Source of the DNA: Candidatus Caenarcanales bacterium | Lineage (GTDB): Bacteria > Cyanobacteriota > Vampirovibrionia > Caenarcaniphilales > Caenarcanaceae | Assembly (NCBI GenBank): GCA_030065015.1 | Contig: JASJDU010000001.1 | Span: 13,814 to 77,813, forward strand | Length of the DNA: 64,000 nt | Direction: 5' to 3' | Part shown: positions 56,129-64,000 of the stretch, piece after piece | Position numbering within the stretch: the first letter of the stretch is position 1 | Layout: the number at the start of each line of letters is the position of its first letter | Notes under the pieces: model-generated | Seen by the model: the letters and a program-made list of their open reading frames with translations, nothing else | Told to the model about the DNA's origin: nothing | The model's database searches: none | Made by a program: the position numbers and the translations under genes

Positions 56129-58195
56129 TTATTTAGCAACACTAGCAGCTAAGCTAGACGGAAGCTCTTGATAATTAGCGAACTCCATGCTGAATGTTCC
56201 TTGTCCTTGAGTACGGTTACGAATATCAGTTGCATAACCAAACATCTCCGAAAGAGGCACTTTTGCTTTCACTTTAGAAATAGTATCCTCGGTTTCCATT
56301 CCTTCTACTTGACCGCGTCTACTCGATATATCACCAATTACATCACCCATGAATTTTTCAGGGACTTCAACCTCAACAGCAAACACAGGCTCTAAAATTA
56401 CAGGTGCAGCTTTCTTAAAACCTTCTTTGAATGCTTGAGAACCAGCAATGTGAAAAGCCATCTCACTTGAGTCAACTTCGTGAAAACTTCCATCGAATAG
56501 AGTAACTTTTACATCTATAACTTCATGACCCGAAATAACACCACCAGCCATAGCTTCTTTAATACCTTTTTCTACAGCTGGAATATATTCTTTTGGAATA
56601 ACACCACCAACTATTTTATTTACAAACTCAAATCCCTTTCCTCTTTCTAAAGGTTCCAGTTCTAACCATACATGGCCATATTGTCCTTTACCTCCAGTTT
56701 GCCTTACATACTTACCTTCAATTTGAGTCTTATTTTTCACAGTTTCCCTATAAGCTACTTGAGGTTTTCCAACTCCTGCATCAACTTTAAATTCTCTCAA
56801 CAACCTATCAACAATAATTTCAAGGTGTAATTCACCCATTCCAGAAATAATTGTTTGTCCAGTTTCGTGATCAACATATACTTTAAAGGTAGGATCTTCT
56901 TCCGCTAATTTCCCTAAAGCAGTTGATAACTTATCTTGGTCAGCTTTTGTTTTAGGTTCAATTGCAACAGAAATAACTGGTTCTGGAAAGTGAATTGATT
57001 CAAGAATAATCTGCGCTTTTTCATCACAAAGAGTATCACCAGTGAATGTATCTTTGAGTCCAACTGCAGCACATATATCACCGGCATATACTTCTTTAAC
57101 TTCTGTTCTTTGATCCGACTGTAACCTAACTAAGCGACTTATTCTTTCTTTCTTGCCTTTACTTGCATTATAAATATAGCTTCCTGACTCCAATTTACCC
57201 GAATAGACACGAAGAAAAGTTAAACGACCAACAAACGGATCGGTCATTACCTTAAATGCTAAAGCAGCAAATGGCTCATTATCATCCGGTCTACGTTCTG
57301 CTTCCGTTCCATCACTGAGAGTACCTTTAATGCTTGGAACTTCTGGTGGTGAAGGAAGATAATCAATAATCGCATCCAATAAAGGCTGAACACCTTTATT
57401 TTTAAAAGCTGAACCACAGAGCATTGGGACAATTTGAAGTTTACAGACTGCTTTTCTCAGGGCAACTTTCAATTCTTCCGTGCTTACTTCTTCTCCACCT
57501 AGATATTTTTCAGCTAACGCATCGTCAGTTTCCACGATTGCCTCAATCAAACTAGCTCTATATTCTTCGGCTTTTTCTTTCATATCTGCAGGAATTTCTG
57601 TTTCCTGGGTATTTTTCCCTAGTGGATCATCTTCAGCATAAATAATTGCTTTATTATCGATTAGGTCAATTATTCCTTTTAGTTGATCTTCAGCACCAAT
57701 TGGCAGTTGAATTGGATGGACATTAGCTCTTAATTGATCTTTGACCTGTTTATATACTTTGTAAAAGTTTGCACCAGTTCGGTCCATCTTATTTACAAAA
57801 ATAACTCTTGGGACTTTGTAACGATTAGCCTGATTCCAAACGGTTTTTGTTTGTGGTTGAACTCCTCCGACAGAACATAGAACTATTACAACACCGTCTA
57901 ACACTCTCATTGAGCGTTCAACTTCAATTGTAAAATCAACGTGACCGGGAGTATCAATCAGGTTAATTTGCTTACCTTTCCAATGGCTAGTTATTGCTGC
58001 CGCTGTGATTGTGATACCGCGTTCTTTTTCTTGTGCCATCCAATCGGTTACAGAGGAACCGTCGTGCACTTCACCCATTTTATGAATCAAACCTGAGTAA
58101 AATAAAATACGCTCAGTTGTAGTAGTCTTTCCTGCATCTATATGAGCAGCAATTCCCATATTACGGATTTCTGATAGTGGAAGTTCTCTAGGCAT
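56129..58195 (-). CDS. fusA: Elongation factor G.
   Basis: '[15 protein letters not shown]', '[11 protein letters not shown]', 'NKMDR', domain IV/V signatures. 688 aa. Not linked to rpsL/rpsG/tuf here. Confidence 0.95.
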   Translation of the reverse strand: MPRELPLSEIRNMGIAAHIDAGKTTTTERILFYSGLIHKMGEVHDGSSVTDWMAQEKERGITITAAAITSHWKGKQINLIDTPGHVDFTIEVERSMRVLDGVVIVLCSVGGVQPQTKTVWNQANRYKVPRVIFVNKMDRTGANFYKVYKQVKDQLRANVHPIQLPIGAEDQLKGIIDLIDNKAIIYAEDDPLGKNTQETEIPADMKEKAEEYRASLIEAIVETDDALAEKYLGGEEVSTEELKVALRKAVCKLQIVPMLCGSAFKNKGVQPLLDAIIDYLPSPPEVPSIKGTLSDGTEAERRPDDNEPFAALAFKVMTDPFVGRLTFLRVYSGKLESGSYIYNASKGKKERISRLVRLQSDQRTEVKEVYAGDICAAVGLKDTFTGDTLCDEKAQIILESIHFPEPVISVAIEPKTKADQDKLSTALGKLAEEDPTFKVYVDHETGQTIISGMGELHLEIIVDRLLREFKVDAGVGKPQVAYRETVKNKTQIEGKYVRQTGGKGQYGHVWLELEPLERGKGFEFVNKIVGGVIPKEYIPAVEKGIKEAMAGGVISGHEVIDVKVTLFDGSFHEVDSSEMAFHIAGSQAFKEGFKKAAPVILEPVFAVEVEVPEKFMGDVIGDISSRRGQVEGMETEDTISKVKAKVPLSEMFGYATDIRNRTQGQGTFSMEFANYQELPSSLAASVAK

Positions 58196-58410
58196 AATGT
58201 TTAACTTTCTATTTCCTTTTAGTTAAAAAAAATGTATTTATCAAAATTTACAGCTATATAGTCTATCAAGTTTTCCTCACTTGAGTCTCGGTGATTCTTT
58301 CATTAGTCTTTTGACTAAAATTAGACATAACTATTTTAGTTTATTCTTCGTAAAAGCTTAATATTTGAATGGGTCGGAGAATCTCAACCTGAGTCAAATT
58401 CAATAATTAG

Positions 58411-58932
58411 CTAAAACTCACAATTTGTTAATTTAGATAGAGTGGGCAAATCTTTAACACCTTCTTTCTTTATACCTAACTGATTTCCTAAATACCAAGT
58501 TGGATAGGATTTGATTCCTCTAAAAGGACAAGTAAATTTGGATTTATTACAATCAACATATTTAATTTTTTCAAAATCTTCTCCAAAGTAAGCTTTTTGA
58601 ACCTTGCAGGCATCACAATCTTCAATAGAAAATAAAGTAACTCCCTTTTCATTCAGGCATTCAACAAGCTTCTTTCTTCTTCTGTTAATATCTGCTTTAA
58701 GTTCTTCCATTAATATTTCTTCTTTAACTTTTTTTTGTTCTAAAGCTTTCAACCTTGATTCTCTGGTTTCAAACTCAATTGCAGAAACTGGTCTCTTCTC
58801 TTCATCTTTGGCTTCTGTTTTCCAATCACTTGTTATTACATCCAAAGCAGGCGAAGAAGAATTAACCAACAAAATTAAAACTATGGATACAAGTAATAAA
58901 ATATTTCTTTTTTGTTGGGCAAAGTAATTCAT
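58411..58932 (-). CDS. Secreted single-module VKOR-type thioredoxin-like protein with a charged coiled-coil linker.
   Basis: Signal peptide. 'LFSIEDCDACKVQKAYFGEDFEKIKYVDCNKSKFTC..SYPTW' is the same module as in 54702-56024. Confidence 0.5.
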   Translation of the reverse strand: MNYFAQQKRNILLLVSIVLILLVNSSSPALDVITSDWKTEAKDEEKRPVSAIEFETRESRLKALEQKKVKEEILMEELKADINRRRKKLVECLNEKGVTLFSIEDCDACKVQKAYFGEDFEKIKYVDCNKSKFTCPFRGIKSYPTWYLGNQLGIKKEGVKDLPTLSKLTNCEF

Positions 58933-59150
58933 AAATTATGAAAATTCTAATGTTAACTGGACTAAATTTCAGAAAAGAAAAATTTTTTCAGAATGGTTTT
59001 AATCATAAACTCTTTAGCAAAATGACCAATGAAATATATTTTAAAGTCTCAATTTTATTTAGTTTTATGTTTTTGTGAGCTACATAAATAATTAGGGAAT
59101 TACATAGATAAATCATAGTTTAAAGCAAGTACGGAGCAAATAACTTAAAA

Positions 59151-60578
59151 TTGTTATTTGATATGCCAATTTCTAAAATAAAAAATGCTCCTCCGGAGAT
59201 ATTCCGAGATCGATTTGTTCTAATTGGAATAATTTTTTCGATTTGGGCTTTCATCAAATTTTTGGAGTTCGTCTTGCCTGAGAGGGTTTTAGAGATTTTA
59301 CCCGGTCCAATTGCTTTATCAGTATTCTTTATATTCATTGGCATTATGGCTTCTTATATGTGCATAACTTACTTTGCACAAAGATGGCAAGCTAGAAAAA
59401 AATCAAAAGCATCGAAGAATCTGGAGTTTGATCAAGCTTTACACGAAGAAAGAAATTCCCCTCCTATAGATATTCTCATTGCAGCTCACAATGAACAGAG
59501 TGTAATTGTTGGCACCATCGAAAATCTTTTAGAGATTGATTATCCAAACTTTCATATAACAATCGCCGATGATAGAAGCTCCGATGGGACTGCTAAGCTA
59601 ATAGAAGATTTTATTCAAAAAAACAATTTAAGTTCCAAAATTACTTTACTTCGAAGATTCAAAGGCAGTGTTCCAGGGAAAGCGGCTTCCTTAAACGAGG
59701 CAATTCAGACTTCTAAAGGAGAGCTGATTGCAATTTTTGATGCTGATGCTAGAGTTGAATCAAATTGTCTCAAGCTTGCAGTTAAGTATTTTAAGGATCC
59801 TCAAGTTGCAGCAGTTCAGTTCCAGAAGAAGGTAAGGAATGCAGACTTTAACACTTTAACTTTTTGTCAAGATCTTGAATTCGCATATGATACTTATCTT
59901 CAAATCGGGCGTGATTCGGTAAATGGTTTTGTTGAATTACGTGGCAGTGGACAGATTATTTCTAGAAAATGTTTTGAAGAAGTTGGCTTATGGGATGAAA
60001 GATCTTTAACAGAAGATTTAGAAATGTCCACAAGAATAAACATAAACGGTTGGAAAATAAAGCCTGCACCAGAAATAATCGCTTATGAAGAAGGTTTAAT
60101 AGAACCGAGAGCTTTCATCAAACAAAGAAGAAGATGGGCAGAGGGGAGTATTCGCAGGTATCTAACGCATATAAATAGTTTTTTGAACCCAAAAAGTAAA
60201 TTGACATTAATAAAAAGGTTGGACATTCTTCCTTATTTATCTCAATTTGCAGTTCCAGTTTGGATTTTTCTTGATGTATTACTTGAAGTCTATCGCTTTT
60301 TTACTAATCAACCAACGTATATCACTGTTCTCATGCTTGCTACTGTTTTAGTCGGTACGAGTATGTGGATGAGTATATGCGTTGGAGTTAGGAGATGGAG
60401 AGATTTTTCCACCTTGGAGTCAATAAAGTATGGAACTTTAGCTTTTTTCTACGGAGCAACTCACTGGCCACCCATTGTTCTTTGGACAATGAGAAAAATT
60501 ATTTTTGGCAGACGACCCACTCAATGGATAAAAACTCCACGAATGCTTGAGTTAGTTCAAGATGGTGGATCAAAATAA
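59151..60578 (+). CDS. Processive family-2 glycosyltransferase (beta-glycan synthase-like) with a C-terminal membrane domain.
   Basis: 'DILIAAHNEQ', 'ADDRSSDGT', 'DAD' (DxD), 'QRRRW' (QxxRW), multiple TM helices. The start may be the Met at 59163. Confidence 0.8.
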   Translation: MLFDMPISKIKNAPPEIFRDRFVLIGIIFSIWAFIKFLEFVLPERVLEILPGPIALSVFFIFIGIMASYMCITYFAQRWQARKKSKASKNLEFDQALHEERNSPPIDILIAAHNEQSVIVGTIENLLEIDYPNFHITIADDRSSDGTAKLIEDFIQKNNLSSKITLLRRFKGSVPGKAASLNEAIQTSKGELIAIFDADARVESNCLKLAVKYFKDPQVAAVQFQKKVRNADFNTLTFCQDLEFAYDTYLQIGRDSVNGFVELRGSGQIISRKCFEEVGLWDERSLTEDLEMSTRININGWKIKPAPEIIAYEEGLIEPRAFIKQRRRWAEGSIRRYLTHINSFLNPKSKLTLIKRLDILPYLSQFAVPVWIFLDVLLEVYRFFTNQPTYITVLMLATVLVGTSMWMSICVGVRRWRDFSTLESIKYGTLAFFYGATHWPPIVLWTMRKIIFGRRPTQWIKTPRMLELVQDGGSK

Positions 60579-60613
60579 GAGGCTCTGTCAAATAGAAGAC
60601 ATCGCTACATCTT

Positions 60614-61957
60614 TTAATCTTTTGTGTTAACGACAATATTTTTTATTGCCAAAAGAGCTATTTGAGCTGGAATCAGTTCTTTATCTTTTGTTGTTTGACT
60701 ATCGTAATGCAAGACAAATCTATCTTCTGCTGAGTTATAACGTTGAGCGGCAACCACTCCAATTGAAGCAGAGGCCATCCCATACATACTGGCAAAGTGG
60801 CTAACATAATAATCCTCCATTTCAATCCACTTCATTCCTTTTTTCTTTAGTTGCCTGAGATATTCATTATTTTTAGCCTCTAGCTCTTCGCTGTGTTTTA
60901 ATAAAGGGAAAGATGTTCTTCCCTGGCCAGACCAAAAGAACTGAGAAGAAAAACAGGGTCCCTCGCTTATCTCAATATCCATGCTTTCTGAAGCATTTTT
61001 GAGCTCATCTATCAATTTTTTATCAGCCTGTACAAAAGCGTTTTCATTATGAGCCTCAGTTGTGATTGCCACTGTTCCCAATGGAATATCATCAAGAGTT
61101 CCTCGTGTTCCACTTCTAATAACCATCTTGAGTGGAACCTCATTTGGGGTTTCATTTGCCAAGGCAATTAAGGCGTTAACTTCTGACAAAATTATTTCTA
61201 CCCCAGAAGAGCCAATCCCGTGAGAAGCAATTGCAATTTTTATACTCTCTTTTGGATTACTTGTTTTTCGCCATTCACTTACAAATAGACTGTATTCTCT
61301 ATCATTATTTCCCAACTTAGGATGACAATAGCACCTATAACCAGCCTTCTCATAATCACCTAGATTGAATGGAGATTTTGCAAGTTTTTCTGCTCTTGAG
61401 GAACTACCAACTACAAGAAGATGTCTCAGGCCCTTTAACATATCCAATTTATCTTCTTCAATTGGCAAATGAACAATATAAGGTAGTAGCTTGGCTAATT
61501 CCTCTGAATAAGTCTTTTCTGACTTTTCGCAGCTTGTCAACCTAAAACCATTTGGTAACAACTCTTCAGCTAAAAGTTTTTTATATTCACCAGCGGACGA
61601 AGCACAGATAACTTCCATTTTTGGATTCTGCTCGAACAATGCTTGTCGACAGTCACCACAGGGAAAAATAAAGTCGAAATTGTCTGGGCTATATATTGCA
61701 ATTTTTAAATATTTAATTTCTTTTTCGTTTTTTGCATAACTTAAATTTGCTGATTGTAGTGCGTGTCTTTCGGCACAAACTGATTTATAGTTCTGAGTTT
61801 CATAATTACTACCTTGGATTATATGCTTTTTGCCTGCATCGTCTTCAATCAATAAAGCCGATCCCACTGAGAAACCTGATATTGGAGAAAAGCTACCTTT
61901 AGAGGCCTCTTTTGCTGAAGCAATTAATGCTTTATCTTCAAAAAACTCATCACTCAT
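60614..61957 (-). CDS. Fusion protein: N-terminal cytidine deaminase domain plus C-terminal uridine-phosphorylase-like (PNP_UDP_1) domain.
   Basis: CDA zinc motif 'CAERHAL...PCGDCRQ'. Udp-like 'SHGIGSSGVEIILSEV' (compare E. coli Udp 'SHGMGIPSISIMLHEL'), 'IEMED'. Confidence 0.6.
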   Translation of the reverse strand: MSDEFFEDKALIASAKEASKGSFSPISGFSVGSALLIEDDAGKKHIIQGSNYETQNYKSVCAERHALQSANLSYAKNEKEIKYLKIAIYSPDNFDFIFPCGDCRQALFEQNPKMEVICASSAGEYKKLLAEELLPNGFRLTSCEKSEKTYSEELAKLLPYIVHLPIEEDKLDMLKGLRHLLVVGSSSRAEKLAKSPFNLGDYEKAGYRCYCHPKLGNNDREYSLFVSEWRKTSNPKESIKIAIASHGIGSSGVEIILSEVNALIALANETPNEVPLKMVIRSGTRGTLDDIPLGTVAITTEAHNENAFVQADKKLIDELKNASESMDIEISEGPCFSSQFFWSGQGRTSFPLLKHSEELEAKNNEYLRQLKKKGMKWIEMEDYYVSHFASMYGMASASIGVVAAQRYNSAEDRFVLHYDSQTTKDKELIPAQIALLAIKNIVVNTKD

Positions 61958-62014
61958 TTAACCGTTCCCCTTAACTTGTACTCACACCACAAACATTTTC
62001 TTATAAAATTCCAT

Positions 62015-63019
62015 TTAAATTGGTTCAATTCCAATTATTTCTCCAACAGATTGAATAACTTCATCAACTTTAATTGATGATAAGTTGCCATCTACAGATT
62101 GAATAATTTTATACTGATTCGACCAAGGCGACCATCTATCAGGATCACTAGGGCCAAACAGCCCTAGAATTGGTACTCCAACGGCTGCCGCTAAATGCAT
62201 TGGCCCAGAATCAACGCATATCGCCAAGTTACAATGTTCATAAACAGAAATATTTTCTCTCAAAGTCGTTTGTGTCTCACAAAGGTTGAGATCCACGTTA
62301 ATTTCTGCTCTTTCACAAATTTCTTCATAGTATTGACCGTCCAAAGGAGCTCCTGAAAGGATAATTGAGTAATTTTTCTTTTTAAGATGAAATAGTAAAC
62401 TTGCCCAATTGTTTAATGTCCACATTTTGTGAGGGTTTGCAGAAGCAGCATGAATCAAAATTTTCTTCTGATTTGGGTTTAACGATTTTAATAAATTTAT
62501 TGCTTTCGATTTTTCTTGAGGAGTTGGCCAAAACATTTTATCTCCCTTGGAGGGTGCTTGGTTATATGGCTCTTCCAAATGATTCAGAAAGTTTATAACT
62601 TCGTGCTGTTTGAGTTGGAAATTAATTTTTTTGGTTAAAAATATACCTCTATATTCTGTATTAAAACCTATTCTTTGAGGAATTCCAGCGACCCAAGACA
62701 AAAAAGCGCTGGAAAAAGATCTTTTTAAAACAAAAGCAATATCAAACTTTCTCTTACGAATCTCTTGGGCATAGTACCAAAAAGACTTTTTTTCTAGACT
62801 TCCAGAATCATACTTGTGAAAGCGTGTTGTATCAAATTCAATTAGCTCATCTACAAATGGACAATTTTGTAGAAGAACACCACTTTGAGGTGCAACTAAA
62901 ACTGCAACATAAGATTCAGGATAAGCCTGTTTCAGTTGTTTTAAAAAGGGAATTGTGAGAATGGTATCCCCTAAAAAACGATATCTGAAAACTAAGATTT
63001 TGGGGTTTCTCTTTTTCAT
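62015..63019 (-). CDS. Glycosyltransferase family 9 (ADP-heptose:LPS heptosyltransferase-like).
   Basis: 'ILVFRYRFLGDTILTIPFL' N-terminus. C-terminal 'DSGPMHLAAAVGVPILGLFGPSDP' GT9 motif. Confidence 0.8.
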   Translation of the reverse strand: MKKRNPKILVFRYRFLGDTILTIPFLKQLKQAYPESYVAVLVAPQSGVLLQNCPFVDELIEFDTTRFHKYDSGSLEKKSFWYYAQEIRKRKFDIAFVLKRSFSSAFLSWVAGIPQRIGFNTEYRGIFLTKKINFQLKQHEVINFLNHLEEPYNQAPSKGDKMFWPTPQEKSKAINLLKSLNPNQKKILIHAASANPHKMWTLNNWASLLFHLKKKNYSIILSGAPLDGQYYEEICERAEINVDLNLCETQTTLRENISVYEHCNLAICVDSGPMHLAAAVGVPILGLFGPSDPDRWSPWSNQYKIIQSVDGNLSSIKVDEVIQSVGEIIGIEPI

Positions 63020-63115
63020 GGTTAAAAACTCACCAAACCTTTATATCAAATAAAAAAGATCTGCTCAAAAATGAATGCTTTATGAGACAGATCCTTTAAT
63101 TTGTGATCGCTGAAT

Positions 63116-63493
63116 TTACTTTTTCTTCTTAGCAGTTTTCTTTGAAGATTTTTTAGGTGCAGCTTTTTTAGCTGGCTTTTTAGCTTTAGGAGAAGTAACA
63201 AAAGTCTTAACTTTTTTCTTCTTAGCAACTGATTGCTTGAGGCTTTCACCAAAGCTAATTACTGGAACATCTGTTGCAGGGATAGTCATTTCCTTGCGGG
63301 TTTGTGGATTGACGCCCTTACGAGCTTTACGACGACGAACTTTAAATGTACCAAAACCAATTAAAGTAACCGTTTCATGGCTAGATAAAGCATCAGTAAC
63401 TACATCTAAAAATGTGTTAATTGTGCGTGCAACTTTTGTCTTTTCAAGTTGTGTTTGTTCAGCGATTTTATCGATTAACTCAGTTTTATTCAT
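63116..63493 (-). CDS. HU-family DNA-binding protein with a lysine/alanine/proline-rich histone-H1-like C-terminal tail.
   Basis: 'MNKTELIDKIAE...GFGTFKVRRRKARKGVNPQT' HU fold, then 'KKKKVKTFVTSPKAKKPAKKAAPKKSSKKTAKKKK'. The track ORF starts 17 codons upstream; the HU-consensus start is more likely. Confidence 0.85.
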   Translation of the reverse strand: MNKTELIDKIAEQTQLEKTKVARTINTFLDVVTDALSSHETVTLIGFGTFKVRRRKARKGVNPQTRKEMTIPATDVPVISFGESLKQSVAKKKKVKTFVTSPKAKKPAKKAAPKKSSKKTAKKKK

Positions 63494-63648
63494 TTTTTCC
63501 TTTTTGATTAATTGGGGAGTATCGGCTAGTTCCACCATAAGCAATTAAATCAGATTTTCATTTAGCATGCAATGGGCAAATTGAAATTTTTAGCTTTTAA
63601 TTTCCAATAATAATCAAGGGTTTGACTTAAAAAGTTACTTAAAACCAT

Positions 63649-64000
63649 CTAACCTCTCGGTCTAAAGCTTGATTTCATAGTATATCTTTTAATTCCCAGT
63701 ACATCCGATAATTTAAAAACTGATTGAATCAATCTATCTAGTACCCGAACATTTTGGACCTCAATAGATACTCTGACCAAAGCTGTCTGTCTCGTAGGTC
63801 TTGTAATTACTCTTATATCCAAAATATTTATTTTTTCATTTGCAACTTTGTCTAAAACATCTCTGGAAATACCAATTCGGTCTATGCATTCGACCTCGAT
63901 AGTAGTTGCAAAACATTGAGATGTATCAATGGAATCTCCCCAGGAAACACTAATAATTCTTTTTTCATCAACATCTTTTACATTAGGACAATCTATTCTA
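63649..64000 (-). CDS. C-terminal fragment (ACT/RRM-like domain) of a RelA/SpoT-family (p)ppGpp synthetase/hydrolase. The N-terminus lies beyond the window.
   Basis: Minus-strand translation '...DVLDKVANEKINILDIRVITRPTRQTALVRVSIEVQNVRVLDRLIQSVFKLSDVLGIKR' ends at the TAG at 63649-63651. This is the typical RSH ACT-domain pattern. Confidence 0.55.
   Translation of the reverse strand, partial: RIDCPNVKDVDEKRIISVSWGDSIDTSQCFATTIEVECIDRIGISRDVLDKVANEKINILDIRVITRPTRQTALVRVSIEVQNVRVLDRLIQSVFKLSDVLGIKRYTMKSSFRPRG

Noticed and set aside
1-64000. Scanned for CRISPR arrays, rRNA genes, IS elements or transposases, and phage structural genes.
   Set aside because: No regularly spaced direct repeats, no rRNA signatures, and no transposase- or integrase-like ORFs were seen. 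The only RNA gene recognised is tRNA-Ser.

Overview
The window is an AT-rich (~35% GC) chromosomal segment with dense coding on both strands. It comes from a diderm bacterium; I cannot fix the lineage from sequence alone. Evidence for a diderm with LPS: an LptD-like gene (27152-29080), a GT9 heptosyltransferase (62015-63019), and an SLH-domain outer-membrane porin-like protein (52675-54594). That last protein, plus secreted thioredoxin-like modules of the cyanobacterial VKOR-associated type (54702-56024 and 58411-58932), point towards a Cyanobacteria/Melainabacteria-like or another SLH-tethered outer-membrane lineage. There are no photosynthesis genes in the window.

Housekeeping content:
- Ribosomal block rplB-rpsS-rplV-rpsC-rplP-rpmC-rpsQ-rplN-rplX-rplE (3.2-7.8 kb), truncated at both ends relative to the canonical S10/spc cluster.
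- A stand-alone fusA (EF-G).
- accC, murA, a NifS-like cysteine desulfurase, coaX, ispD, ybeY, uppP, speH, map, panB, rnc, rpe, mnmE.
- HU with a lysine-rich C-terminal tail.
- A GH57 plus glycogen-synthase-like glycosyltransferase pair.
- A sensor histidine kinase and tRNA-Ser(UGA).
- A truncated DEAD-box helicase at the left edge and the C-terminus of a RelA/SpoT gene at the right edge.

Accessory highlights:
- A 1741-aa filamentous two-partner-secretion (TpsA/FhaB-like) protein carrying an internal Hint domain followed by a ~490-aa unrecognised C-terminal toxin-like region. There is no adjacent TpsB or immunity gene.
- A tRNA-Ser-adjacent region with a HepT/MNT toxin-antitoxin pair, then three tandem paralogous genes of unknown function, a convergent 464-aa unknown gene, and a conspicuously GC-rich structured intergenic element.
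- A cytidine deaminase-uridine phosphorylase fusion protein.
- Paired hairpin terminators between convergent genes.

No CRISPR array, rRNA, transposase or integrase was seen.
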